Shown here: positions 1 to 12,739 of the stretch, piece by piece
Layout: each line of letters begins with the position of its first letter
Position numbering within the stretch: the first letter of the stretch is position 1
Translations under genes and position numbers: made by a program
Notes under the pieces: generated by a model
Seen by the model: the letters and a program-made list of their open reading frames with translations, nothing else
What the model was told of the DNA's origin: nothing
Database searches by the model: none
Origin: Chiloscyllium plagiosum
Lineage: Eukaryota
Assembly (NCBI RefSeq): GCF_004010195.1
Contig: NC_057756.1
Coordinates: 3,416,129 to 3,480,128, forward strand
Direction: 5' to 3'
Length of the DNA stretch: 64,000 nt

Positions 1-497
1 TTCAACTCCCCCTCCCACTCCACAAAGGATATGCAGATCTTTGGATTCCTCCATCGCCAGACCACAACAAAATGATGGTTGGAGGAAGAGCGCCTCATCT
101 TCTGCCTAGGAACCCTCCAACCACAAGGCAGGAACGCGGGTTTCACCAGTTTCCTCATTTCCCCTCCCCCCACCTTGTCTCAGTCAAATCCATCGAATTC
201 AGCACCGCCTTCCTAACCTGAGATCTTCTTCCCGCCCTCTCCGCCCCCACCCCAGTCTGACCTATCACCCTCACCTTGACCTCTTTCCACCTATCACATT
301 TCCGACGCCCCTCCCCCAAGTCCCTACTCCCTACCTTTTATCTTAGCCTGCTGGACAAACTTTCCTCATTCCTGAAGAAGGGCTTATGCCCGAAACGTCG
401 ATTCTCCTGTTCCCTGCATGCTGCCTGACCTGCTGCGCTTTTCCAGCAACACATTTTCAGCTCTGATCTCCAGCATCTGCAGACCTCACTTTCTCCT
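1..497 (+). mobile_element. Penelope-like element 3' end (GIY-YIG C-terminus plus pseudo-LTR)
   Basis: Frame 1 reads FNSPSHS..DM.IFG.LH...LEEERLIFCLGTLQPQG, typical of the Penelope GIY-YIG tail. A C-rich tract and a terminal repeat follow; the repeat recurs at 3808, 31684 and 34789. Confidence 0.8.
372..400 (+). ncRNA. Minimal type I hammerhead ribozyme core in the Penelope pseudo-LTR
   Basis: CTGAAGA-A-GGGC-TTAT-GCCC-GAAAC-GTC: CUGANGA core, 4-bp stem II, GAAA, palindromic stem III and GUC triplet. Confidence 0.75.
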
Positions 498-3249
498 GAA
501 TGTTACTGTTGTGGAGCAGTTGTTTCTGGGAAGTTAAATAATCTGGTATAATATCAAATTTTCCAGTGGAGTTAAAATGAAGTCAATTCTGTTATTTGTT
601 TGATTTTAACTGGGTGTAATAATAACTTGTGCTTTGTTTAAAGCCAAATATTGTGACTTATTGAATTTCACATGAAATATAGCAGCTTAAACGTGTCTAA
701 TTTTTAGGGTCTACCAACCTCCTCGATACATTTGAAGGGATTTTGTCTGGTTCCAAACATGTTGGCACTTTTCTGGGAGGAGGCTAGATAGATCCCGATC
801 TCAAATTCAAAACTGCATTTAGGATAATTGTACTCAAAAGCCGTGAGTGGTAAACGTTGGCATTTTAATTTTCAAAGAGGTATTTTGTTGTATTTAAAAA
901 TGGCATGCCCTGTGTAACGATAACTCTTTCCATAGTTACTTCTTTCTTTGCAGTGAAAATGTCACTAAGGTGATTTTGTTGTTCCTCTGAAAATGAGAAG
1001 TTCATTTTGCAAGCCAGCAGAAGCTGGTATTGCCAGTTTCTGTGAGGAAAGGGAAAGTCAGTGCAGCGGTAGCACATCATTTACAATTGCAAAGAATGTA
1101 ATTACAAAAATTGGAAGCTACTAATGTTCATATGATAATGAAAGACTGACCATGGTAGAATTAAGTGAATACGATAGAAGAGACAGAATTGGGAAGCTAA
1201 GAAGAAAGTCGTTTGAAGTTGGCGGAAGTCGAAAATATTAGTAGTGTTGAGGGCAATGATGAAGTGCAAGCATATCATTCCAAAAGTTGATCTGGTTGAA
1301 GTATTACCAAGTGTTATCGAAGTGTTACCAAGGTTTAGCGTGATGAACTTAGATGGATGATGTTTAAGTTCATTTGAAAGAGTGTCTATGCAAATGAAAT
1401 GGCCTTCGTATTGTTGATTCAAAAAGAATTAATAGTGACGTATCCACATCACGATCATGTGAACACTCTCAGGGGTATAATGATGTGCAAAAAGCCATCT
1501 AATTTCCTAAGAACTTGTGCCAGAAGCCTACAGGTAGGATGTCAGAAATTCAGTGAGGGAATACGGTCAAACATACGTAACTACTAAATATTGCAGCAAG
1601 GTAACATTAACAAATCGATCAAAACATTGCAAACAGATCAAATGTATGACGATCTCACAGAACTGTTTACTTTCGGACAGTTCAAAGCATTACTTTCTGC
1701 AACAGTGAAAATTTAATTGGAAGGGGAAAGAATTGCATGCGCAAAATTGGTACAGACACGACAAATGATTATCGATTTATCAGAAATAATAATTTTGCTT
1801 CGATATCAATTTCAATCTGTGAGGGATAAAGTTGAGCTAAACAGAAATCTCAGTTAATAAGCAAAAAGAGATTTGACTATCAATTATAAATGAAAATAAC
1901 AATAGTTAAAATGGTGGGAGGAGAATTATGGAAAGGGAGAGTGAAAAGAAAACCCTCAGATGTTTTCACTGTAATAAAAGAAGATACATGAAGTTGCATG
2001 GCTAGCTTTTTAAATTTCTTTCAAAGAAAAGCGCTGGGTTTTGTTAAATTGATAAAAATAACGCAGTCAAAACAAACGAGCTGCAAAAGAACATAGCACC
2101 TGCGGAGAATTTGGTTGAGGTGAAAGTGCCAGGACTCTTTCAAGAATTTACCTGTTTGAGTAAATTTTGCCTGTGTACAAGGAGGAGTAGGTAAAATAAC
2201 TAACAAAGTAAAAGGTACATGAGCAAGTTTGGTATAAGATGTGAAGAGATTCGAACTGAAATGCTTTGGCAGTATTATTGCCAGGAAAGGTGGCTGTACG
2301 CAGAAATAATGATGAGAAGTGTCGTGTTCTATTTTATGACATAAGGTTGACGATGCTAGTTTAATAAAATGGAGCCGTGGAAGGAATTGTCGATAAATTC
2401 TCTCTCTGAAAATAAAGTTTATCTTTTGTAATGATGTAGCCAGTTGCAGGTGGAATTCTGAAAGTCCAGTGGAAAATTAGTAAACTGCGTTTCTGTAGAA
2501 AATATATTCTTGGATTTTTCCTGACTGCGTGGTAACAAGGAAAAAAAGCTGAAGGCACAAGTTGAAACAGGTGTAAACATCTAAGAATGAAAATAAGAAA
2601 GTTGAAGTTCAATTGTCAGAAATTAATGCAAACGGAATCATTGCTCATTACTAAAATTCAATTTTAAAAATGATCCTGGTAAAATAAAATAAGAAAGATA
2701 GACAAGACAGCGAGAAAGTATAAAGTTTCCAAATTCTGAACTTGGCAACTGAAGAAGACAGTCGATTCTTATTTCAGAAAGGTAGTCGAATTACAAGAAA
2801 TGTGAGGAGAATAAACACTTTTCTAAATTAAAGAGTTCACATAGAAGAAGAATCTGATTCTATCCCAGAATGATACAATCCTAAAAATGATGTTTTAATG
2901 AGGAAATTGAGACGATTTCAATTTCAAGTGAATGAAAAATGAACAGCCGTGCATCAATTTGTATTGTCAATAATTTATAGAAAGGCAGTATTGCAGGCAA
3001 CGGATATGGTAACACGAGAATAACTCTTGGCACTAAGAAAAAAAATCTCATGCCAAAGCTTGCAATGATTTCAATTGGGCTAGTTTTCATAAAGGTGTGG
3101 TTGAATTTATTCGGATATATTATGCATATAAGACAACAGAAAAACTTTAGGCAGTCATAAAACGAGCACCAGAAATACATGTGACAACAGTTAATGAACC
3201 TTTCCCACGTTTCACAGAGTAAAAGAAATATACACTGTGACAACAAACA

Positions 3250-3740
3250 TATTGGTTGAATTAATCCATGCCGATCCGATATTCGAAATTAATCTTTCCC
3301 CATTTGGAAGGATTTGGCTTATAACCCTCTAAACCCTTCGTATTCAAATACCAATCCATACGCCTTTTACATATTGTAATTACACGAGTCTCCACCACTT
3401 TCATGGCAGTTAGTTACATACAAGTACCATCATCTGCGTGAGAGGGTTGTCCCTTAAGTCTCTTACAAATGATTTGCCTCTTACGTTAAAGCTATGCCCT
3501 CTAGTTTTGGATTACCCACGCTGTGGAAAAGACCTTAACTATGCACCCCAGGCGTTCCTTCTGATTTTATAAACGCCATTAAGAACAACTTTTAGTCTTC
3601 GACGGTCCACTGAAAATTGCCCCGGCTTATTCGTCTTCTCCCTATTTCTCAAAGCTTCCAACTGTGCCGTGATCATAATGAACCTTTTCAAGCTTATGAC
3701 CACAATTGAACCCAACATGCCAAAGGTATAAATGTCCTGT
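3250..3740 (-). mobile_element. CR1 LINE 3' fragment
   Basis: Reverse complement resembles the 3' end of the CR1 copy at 51800-52225. Confidence 0.65.
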
Positions 3741-3807
3741 AAAGCCTGTAAATGAATGGAAAAACAAAATTTCAGAACCGAACTAAGTTGACTGTGATGA
3801 ATATCTC

Positions 3808-3933
3808 TGCTGAAAATGTGTTGTTGGAAAAGCGCATCAGGTCAGGCAGCATGCAAGGAGCAGGAGAATCGACGTTTTGGGCATGAGCCCTTCTTCAGCT
3901 CTGATCTCAAGCATCTGCAGTCCTCACTTTCTC
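3808..3933. mobile_element. Short Penelope-pLTR-derived insertion with target-site duplication
   Basis: Same sequence family as 371-497. Flanked by CTGTGATG(A/G)ATATCTC at 3792-3807 and 3934-3949. Confidence 0.8.
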
Positions 3934-4741
3934 CTGTGATGGATATCTCATCTATTACTACAGAGACCAATCCACTTTGAAATATCATTTGTAAAAGGAT
4001 TGTTGGAGAGTTTTGCAATTCTTTTACTAGATACGGACTAACAATAGCAACGTAAGCAGATCAAGGTTGACTTCTCACTTCAATATTATTCAAGGATATT
4101 TGTGAAAGTGTACGAAGAAAAGAATTCAAGTTCACTGCTTATCATACAGAATCGCAGCTTTACAATGATCACATCACAATTTAAAAAGCTTGAGAGCTTT
4201 TAGTGGGGACTGTCCATAGGATTAGGATAAGTTAATTGTATTTTATTTGTGAGGTTTGGGATGCATGCAATGATCAACAAAATTAAGTGAATTTGAATTT
4301 GTTTTTGATAATATCACGGGACAAGCATTTTTTTATGGAAAACCACGAAGTATGAATTCAAACACCACATATTTAATCAATGTGTTAAACTTGATGCAAA
4401 TTTTAAATAAATTATACGGGTTGGCTAGACATAATTTCAAAGTAGCACGCATGTAATAAAACACAAAAGGGACAACTAATCAAAAATTCACTGCATCACT
4501 AGAGGAGATAAATTATTAAAAATACTTCTAGTGATCAGAAACGCATGAAAAGCAAGATTTTATGGGCCATATTGAATCGAAAGTAAATTATTTGAGGTGA
4601 ACAAAATGACATATAGAAGTGTAGCTCAGAGAGTATCATGTGATAATGGTTAAACGATATTTTGACAAGGAAGGATAGCGCACTTGGAATCTTCCAATTG
4701 TTACATATGGGTGCGCATAGCCAAAATCCAGATGGTGGCTT

Positions 4742-4790
4742 AGGGGCAGCATGGTGGCTCAGTGGTTAGCACTGCTGTCTCGCAGTGCCT
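4742..4790 (+). mobile_element. tRNA-derived SINE 5' fragment
   Basis: GGCAGCATGGTGGCTCAGTGGTTAGCACTGCTG (A-box), matching the head of the SINE at 16781-17090. Confidence 0.7.
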
Positions 4791-5225
4791 GGTGAATGTC
4801 TTCTCTGCCTGCGGTACTGCTTCTACATTTATACTGGAATGAGGTGACCACAACTGCACACAATACTGAAATTGTGGCCTGACCAACGGTCTGTAAAACT
4901 CCACAATTAGTTCATTGCCCTTAGATTGTATGCCACGACTAAGAAAAGCAAGTGATCTCTAAGCCATGTTCAAATCCAATTAGGATGCTCTGCTGGCGTC
5001 ACTGATCTGTGAATGATTACCCCAGGATCCCTTGTTTTCCCTGAGCTATCCAGTCTCCTATCATTCATTAAAAATTCACTCGTTTTGATTCATCTTCATA
5101 AGTGCATCATTTAGCAAATATCAAGGGAAATAATATCTGCTACTGGTCTTCCTATCAAACCAAACCATCTGCATCTTCCAGTAGCCTGCAAAGATTATGT
5201 TCTCAATTAATCACTATACCAACCT
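4791..5225 (-). mobile_element. CR1 LINE RT fragment
   Basis: Reverse complement resembles the CR1 'DLGV...RPQ..YCVQLWSP' region seen in other copies. Confidence 0.6.
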
Positions 5226-6064
5226 TGGACTTGGATTGAATTGAGTTAAATTGAATAATTTCAGTGACATTTACTGACCAATGTTTACTTATCAGTACAC
5301 TGCGGAGATTACTATTCACCACTAATAGTCCAAACTTAGGTACTAGATGAACTCGGTATGGATTTTTGAGTGCAAATTCTTAGGATTTTTAAAAAAAATT
5401 AGAAGGGCCAGCATTACAGATATTGAAAAACAAAGACTCATAATAGCACACTAGAATAATAAGAACATAAAAAAAAGAGAATTTCAGTTTTTCCATGAGA
5501 ACATATAAAAGTTGAGAAAAATCTATAAAAACAGCAATTGAAGCAAAACCCACTTATTCAATTTCATTGTTCATTGCTTAGGTACGTGAATCAACCTCTA
5601 GTTCCACAAACCTGTTTCCCGCTGCCACTCATTTAGAATGCTGGAACCAACAGTCAAATGCCAAAGAAACCACCGCATTGAAGTCCAGTAGGGTTGAAAT
5701 CGCCCAATGGGTCACAGAGCAATGTTGATGAAAACAGCCAGTGAACGAACTCGGAGGCCGCCGTTGAAAACATTCTCAGGCTACTCTCGCATTTGCCAAA
5801 AGGAATCACAAACTGAACTAGATCAACAGTGCTGCACAATCACGCTGCAGAAGTCTTAATGAACACAAGGGGCATTGGTTTCCTGTCTCTGACCAACTCG
5901 TCTTCAACCAATACTGAAGTAGCCACAACCAATGGTCAAATCGATCCTTCTTGCTTCGCTTCAGCTCCTTACCCACCCCAAGCCACTGCAAAAAGGGAAA
6001 ATGAACGAGATGATGTCCTGATTCTAGGACTGCTTCATAAGATGTCACCTAGAAACTGATTTGC

Positions 6065-6611
6065 AGATGTCGGTGTTGGACTGGGGTGTACAAAGTAAAA
6101 AAATCACATAACACCAGGTTATAAACCAACAGGTTTAATTGGAAGCACTAGCTTTCGGAGCACCGCTCCTTCAACAGGTGGTTGTGAAGTACACAATTGT
6201 AAGACACATGATTTATAGCAAAAGTTTACAGTGTGATGTAATTGAAATTATACGTTGAAAAATATCTTGATTGTTTGCTGAGTCTTTCATTTGCTGGAAT
6301 GACCATGATAGTTTCACTTCTTTCATATGTGAATCACAAAACATATTTTTAAACGTTACATTCTCAGGCTAACTGCAACAATTGGTTTCGGCGCAGAGAG
6401 GATGTTAAGATTTTGAAGGTGTTAACCCCCTGTTTTCCCTGTCTGTGCCATAATATTTAGACTCATTCTAATCTAAAATGTCATTTAACAGAGCCTTACA
6501 TGGAGTTATGCAATTTTTGACACAGTACAATGTAACTCTGCAAGTTCAAATTCACCCCACAAACTAATATGTATGTGTATGCATGTGTTTTTTTATTGTG
6601 GGGGATGCATA

Positions 6612-6661
<50 letters not shown>

Positions 6662-7900
6662 TATGTGTCTGTCTGTTTGACAGGGGTGGTGGGTTGTGAG
6701 TGTGAGAAACACTATATATGTGTGTGCATGAGAGTGTAAAGTGTCGAAGTCTGTGCGAGGGTGCATGTGTGAGTGTGGGAGTGTGTGTGTCTGTAGGAGT
6801 GTGCATGTGTGTGTGTCTGGGGTCAGGGGTTGTGAGCGTCTGTGAGAGAGTGTATATGTGTGCGTGTGAGTTTAAAATGGTCTAACTCTGTGAAAGGATG
6901 CATGTGTGTGTGAGAGTATGTGCCTTTAGGAGTGTGTGTGAGTGTCTGTGTGTGCGGCTTTGTATATGTGTGTCTGTGTGCATGTGTGTGTGCATGTGCG
7001 TGTGTGTGCGTGTTTGTGTGTATAGGAGTGTCTCTGTGTGTATGGTGGGGATCTGTAGTGTGACTGAACCCAAGGTCCCGGTGGAGACCCTCCCTATAGG
7101 TACAGAACTTGCTATTAGTCATTGCTCGGCGACGTTTCGCTGCGGCCTGTCCCGAAGTCTGCCTTGGAGGATGGTCACCCGAAGTTCCGAGGTCGAATGC
7201 CCTAGACTGCTGATGTGTTCCCCAACTGGGAGGGAACAATCCTGCTGTTGATTGTTGTGCGGTGCCCATTCATCCATTGTCATAGCCTTTTTCTCGGTTT
7301 CCATCAATGTACCATGCCTCAAGGCATCCTTGACTGCTGCGTATAAGATAGACAGGGTTGGCTGAGTCACATCAGTACCTGCCACGTGCATGGTGGGAGG
7401 TGTCCCCACGTGTAATGGTGGTGCCCATGTCCACACTCTGACACGTCTTGCAGCGCTTCCCATGACAGGGTTGTAATGAGTTGTCCTGAAAGCCGGGCAG
7501 CACACCAAAAACAATGATCTGTTTGAGGGTTAGCAGTTGTTCAAAGGCGAGCAGTGGAGGTGTGGGGAAGGTCTTGGCGAGGTGCTCAACCTCATTGATG
7601 ATGCGTTGCAGGTTGCGAAGTACATGGCGTAGTTTTTGACCTCCTGGCAAGTACTGGACAACGAAGGTACCCTGTCGGTTGCAGCACGTGTCTGTCTCCT
7701 GAGGACGTCATTACGTTTCCTTGTTGTGGCATGTCGGAACTAGACGATGATGAGTTGAGCATCGTACCATGTTCTCATTAGGGCATCCCTGAGTCCTTCT
7801 AGGTACCTGATATGGCCTTCCTCTCCTGAGCAGATCTGGTGTATGCGTAGGTCTTGTCCATAGGGGATGGCGGTTTTAATTTGTTTTTGGTGGAAACTTC
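6065..7900 (-). mobile_element. Penelope-like element (RT end, GIY-YIG, (CA)n tract, terminal repeat)
   Basis: ORFs 7372-7650, 7119-7514 and 6823-7269 give 'KLRHVLRNLQRII...FPTPPLLAF', 'PCHGKRCKTCQ' and 'SLPVGEH...LRVTILQG...RNVAEQ', Penelope RT-linker/GIY-YIG motifs. A mutated hammerhead core lies on the minus strand at 6151-6177. Confidence 0.85.
6575..7050. repeat. (TG)n / TG-rich microsatellite tract within the Penelope 3' region
   Basis: Perfect (TG)n at ~6616-6659 and imperfect TG-rich runs. Confidence 0.95.
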
Positions 7901-9290
7901 TCTCCCTGTACAAGACGGGTAGTAGGGATATTCCAGGTAACTACAGACCAGTGACCCTGACGTCGGTGGGGAAAGGTTGCTGGAGAGTGTACTAAGGGAT
8001 AGGATCTATTTATGTTTAGAAACGAATGGGCGTATCAGTGATAGGCACCATGGTTTTGTACGGGGGAGATTGTGCCTTACCAACTTAATAGAGTTCTTTG
8101 AGTAAATGACCATATTGGTAGACGAGGAAAGGGCTGTTCAAGTCATAAACATGGACTTTAGTCAGGCGCTTGATAAGGTTCCCCAGCGTAGACTAATGGA
8201 GAAAATGAAATCACATGGTGTGTATGGTGTTCCAGCTAGGTGGATAAAGGTTGAGCAACAGGAGGCAGAGAGTAATAGTTGAAAGGAGTTTCTCGAAATG
8301 GAGAATGGTGACCAGTCGTGTTTCACAGAGATCAGTGCTGGGGCCACTGTTGTTTGTGATATCCATAAATGATCTGGAAGAGGGCACTATTGGTATGACC
8401 AGCAAGTTTGCAGATGACATAAAGATTGGTGGAGTATCAGAAAATATAAATGACTGTCAACGAATGCAGGACTATATAGATAGTTTAGAGAGTCGGGCTG
8501 AAAAGTGACAGATGGAATTCAATCCAGACAAATGTAAGGTGATAGGTGATGCATTTAGGTAAGACTAATTCTAGAGAGAATTATACAATGAACGGAAGAG
8601 CCTTCGCAAAGTTTTTTGGGCAGAGAGGTCTGGGAGTGCAGGTCCATTGTACCCTGAAGGTTGCTGCACAGGTGGATAGAGTGGTTAAGAAGACATATAG
8701 TATGCTACCCTTCTTTGGACGGGGTATTGAGTATAAGAGCTGGCAGGTCATGTTGAGGTTGTACAGGACATTGGTTGGAATGCATTCAAATGCTGTGTTC
8801 CGTTCCGGTTGCCACATTACCAAGAGGGTTTGGACGCTTTGGAGATAGTGCAGAGAAGGTTTACCAGGATGTTGCCTCATCTGGAAGGTGCTATCGATGA
8901 AGACAGGTTTGTTTTCTTGAGAGAAAAAGGAGATTGAGGGGGGACTTGATTGAGGTTTACAAAATCATGAAGGGTGGGTAGAGACAAACGTTTTTCACCG
9001 GGTGAAGGATTAAATAACAAGAGGTCACGCTTTCAAGGTGAGAGGTGAAAAGCTTAAGGGGGATACACGCGGCAAGTAGTTCACACAGAGGGTGGTGGAC
9101 GTCTCGAACGTGCTGCCGGCAGCGGTAGTAGAGGCAGGCACAGTAGACTCAGTTAACATGTTTCTGGACAGATGCATGAGTATGTGGGGAGCAAAGCGAT
9201 ACAGATGCTTAGGAATTGGGCGACAGGTTTAGACAGTAGATTTTGATCGGCTCAGGCTTGGAGGGCTGTAAATTGCCTTTGTTCTTTTCT
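7901..9290 (+). mobile_element. CR1 LINE, 5'-truncated RT and 3' end
   Basis: 'NYRPVTLTS', 'SQRSVLGPLLFVISINDL...KFADDIKIGG', 'MHLGKTN...LGVQVH' (ORFs 8251-8508, 8546-8848). Confidence 0.9.
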
Positions 9291-9299
9291 TTGTCTATT

Positions 9300-10230
9300 C
9301 AACGTGAGCAAATCCGATGCATTGCACAATGGAAAAAAGAAACAGGCATGGACTATTTACTAAACGGTGATAAAATCCATAATGCCAAAGTACAAAGGGA
9401 TCTGGGAGTGTTTGTCCAGGATTCTCTAAAGTTTGACTTGCAGGTTCAATCCATGGTTAAGAAAGCAAATGCAATGTTCTCATTTATCACAAGAGAGTTG
9501 GAATATAAAACCAGTGATGGGCTTCTGAGACTTTCTAAAGCTCCAGTTAGGCTCCTTTTCGAATACTGTGTCCAATGTTGGACCCCACATCTCAAAAGTA
9601 CATACTGACCCTGAAGCAGGTCCACCGGAGATTCACATGGATGATCCCTGGAATGGCAGGACAAACATACAACTAAAATTCAGGATTCTTGGATTGTAGT
9701 TGTTAGAGTTTAGAAGGTTAAGGGGAGATCTAATAGAAGCTTAGAAGATAATGCATGGCTTAGAAAGGGTGGACGTGATAAACTTGTTTCCATTAGGCGT
9801 GGATATGAAGACCAGTGGGCATGGCCTTAGAAGTAGAAGGGGTAAATTCAGAACGGAAATGAAGAGACATTTCATCAGCCAGAGAATGTGGGCTGGCGGA
9901 ATTACTTGCCACAGAGCTCAGTGGAGGTTGTGACGTTAAATGTAGACAAGGCAGTGATTGATATAGTCCTAATCTCACAAGGAACGCTGGTAAGTGGAGC
10001 TGAAATGCGCATCAGCCATGATTGAATGGCGGAGTAGACTCGATGGGCCGAATGGCCTTACTTCCACTCCTATGTCTTATGGTCTTATGGTCTTATGGAA
10101 GTGGTGGCTATGGGGAGAGTGTGGGTAAGTGGAGTTGAAATGCCCATCAGCCATGATTAAATAGCAAAGTGAATGCGATGGTGTGAATGGCCTTACTTCA
10201 ATACCTATGCCTTATGTGCTTACTGTCTTA
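9300..10230 (+). mobile_element. CR1 LINE 3' fragment with a duplicated 3' tail
   Basis: 'QRDLGVFVQDSLK...KKANAM...EYCVQCWTPHL'. (TCTTATGG)n tail at ~10075-10097, and a second diverged 3' end at ~10120-10230. Confidence 0.85.
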
Positions 10231-10677
10231 AGTACCAATTAGCACTGAAAAAAAATGCACTCAGGTGGCGCAATAACTTCCTGCTTTCTTCTCTATCAAC
10301 TTTCTTCTCTGGCTATCTCGTGAGATAGATGTTAATGAAAAGAACTCTGCCTCACAAACGAAGTCGAAAACTACAATAAACAGCATAAGAGTTGAGAAAG
10401 AAAACACTAACTTAATTGTCAAAATCCGACAACCATTTGGCTCCGAAACTACCCTCCAGAATAAAATGGGGCAGGTTCCTTTCAGAATCACTTGAGAAAT
10501 ATTTGGAAATGGCTGTGATATAACTGAAATTATGGATTGAAACATACCTTGATTGCGTGTTAAGTTTCTCATCTTTTAGAATGACCATGGTAGCTTCACT
10601 TCTTTCATATGTAAATCACAAACCATTTTTTAAAGGTTACATTCTCAGGTTATCTTTAACAATTAGTGTCAGCCAAG

Positions 10678-10678
10678 A

Positions 10679-10717
<39 letters not shown>

Positions 10718-10718
10718 T
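10678..10718. repeat. (TTA)n microsatellite
   Basis: Run of TTA triplets. Confidence 0.95.
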
Positions 10719-12739
10719 TTATTATTAATTCCCTGAAAATAATCCATTATATTTTTATACTATTGTGTACACGAGTGTTAACCACTCAGTTGGAGCGACA
10801 GAAAACGAGAAGGAAAGTAATAGATCAGCATACAAATCCAGACGCAAATGCCAGTAGAAGCAGAAGAAAAAGGAAAACTCCTGACTGGCATGTAATATGC
10901 GACATTATCAATGGCTAAAGCGGTTAGAAGTGCAAAAGATAATCAAGCAAGTCTTAGCGCATACATGCCACAAATATTGTTTGAAATCTGTGTGCACATA
11001 ACATCAAAATCATACAAGTATTTCAGAGATCTAATTGAATTATGTTGAAACTATACATTATTATTTTGACTTTCAAACTTGTTCTAACCAAATATGTTTT
11101 GTGGACTATATAGATTTAAATTCAAGGGTAATCTATTCCGGTGTTTGAGAATTGTTCATTTTTTCCGGTATGCATTAACTTAACAACTCTTCTCAGTTGC
11201 CACACGAAAACATCGGATATGTGCATTTGGTGATTTGGTTCACATTGCACAAAAAATGGAAAGGAGGAATGTTGGATATCTGAAACAAAAACAGAAATAG
11301 TTAGAAAGTCTCAGCGGTTCTGGCAGCATCTCCGTAGAGCAATCAGAGTTAACATCGGGCGCCAAGTTAACCTGCCTCACGACTTTCAGTTGATTTTTTT
11401 GAGGATTCTGACGAAATGTTGACAGGAAGATTAATGGAGTACTGCAATTGTTCCATTGCCCCACGTTGACTTGGAACATTTCAAATTGTTTATGAACTTC
11501 ACAGCAGAAAGAATTTCAATAAACGCCAAATTTCACTCTATTTTTGTTGTTGAAATATCATATAATTGACATTTCATTAATATGTTTCAGTTCATCATCA
11601 CAGCACTGACATTAACCATGACATTGCGATTTTTACAGTTGAAAATGGGTGCAAATACGTGTTTTATCCACCTGCAGAGGTAGATACAGAAATGGAGGTA
11701 GTGATGAAAACGTGTGTAGCAACAAACTTAAATGAGGAGGAAACCCAACACAGCTCATCCAACTTATACTGTCGATACAGGATATCTATTCCAAATTAGA
11801 TAATGATGATTAATTCAACGTGTATAACAAGCTAACAGATTTTATTTTTTTTATATATCAACAATAACTTTCTGTAAAAAGTCTAATTCCAGTCACTAGT
11901 TCAACCATGATATTGAGCACTCCTTAACGTTCCGCATTCAGTTGCTTTCCAAAGTGTCTATGGTAAACATATTGAGAAATTGTTCATGAAATGCGGGGAG
12001 GTATGGTTTGCTTCACATCGGCCCTTGATGTTGGTGAAGTAGTTGCACAAAAGTAAGATAAACAAAATTTCGGATTTATTCTGATTTGTCAAATTTGACA
12101 AGTGTTGTCTGTGTTTGATACCGTAAGAAGGTCGTTATTTTCATGTCTAAATTGATGAAATTTGAGTATCAAATTTAGTCTGTCAAGCTGGTTTATGGAT
12201 GGGTATGACAAACTGCCAAGCAGGGACCATATTAAAAACAAAATAATTTCCCAGATATTTGATTAAATAGCCATAATGTGGAGGGGTCACCTAATACGTG
12301 GTATAAAAATTACTGGAAAACACATCTGTTTATTTTACTGAATTGGTGCAGAATTTATTTCATTTTCACTTATTGAAGATTTTTCAGCGATTCAAGTTCA
12401 TTACAAAAACTAAATTTTGCTGTATTCTTTGCCACACACGTCGAATTCTTACAATGATCCTATGACTATGTCTGTTTATTTCCTCTTTTTTTTGTGAAAT
12501 GATTGATAAAGAATGAATGTGTTGATGTGTGAGAGAGAGTGAAGGAGAGGGAGAAGGGAGAGAGTGGGAGGGTGTTAGGAGAGTGGGGGGCAGTGAGAAC
12601 TTGTGAGTGCAAAAGAGAAAGAAGGGAGAGAAATGCCGTGATTCATTGTCTGGGAGTTGTTCTTTGTACTTTGTATATTTTGACCAGTTTCTGTGTTAAA
12701 TCACTTTACTTTGGGATTGTACATGCACACAAATGAGAT

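Larger units (their letters stand above)
498..4720 (+). mobile_element. Degenerate Gmr1-like Gypsy LTR retrotransposon (LTR end, gag, integrase)
   Basis: LTR-like end then TGGC near 760. Gag/SCAN-like 'KAI...ELVPEAYR' near 1490-1535. Integrase-like remnants at ~3020-3130 and 'FTRYGL...DQG' at ~4022-4066. Many stops and frameshifts; interrupted by younger insertions. Confidence 0.6.

Noticed and set aside
6564..7251. His/Thr-rich and Cys/Val-rich ORFs
   Set aside because: Translations of (CA)n/(TG)n microsatellite.
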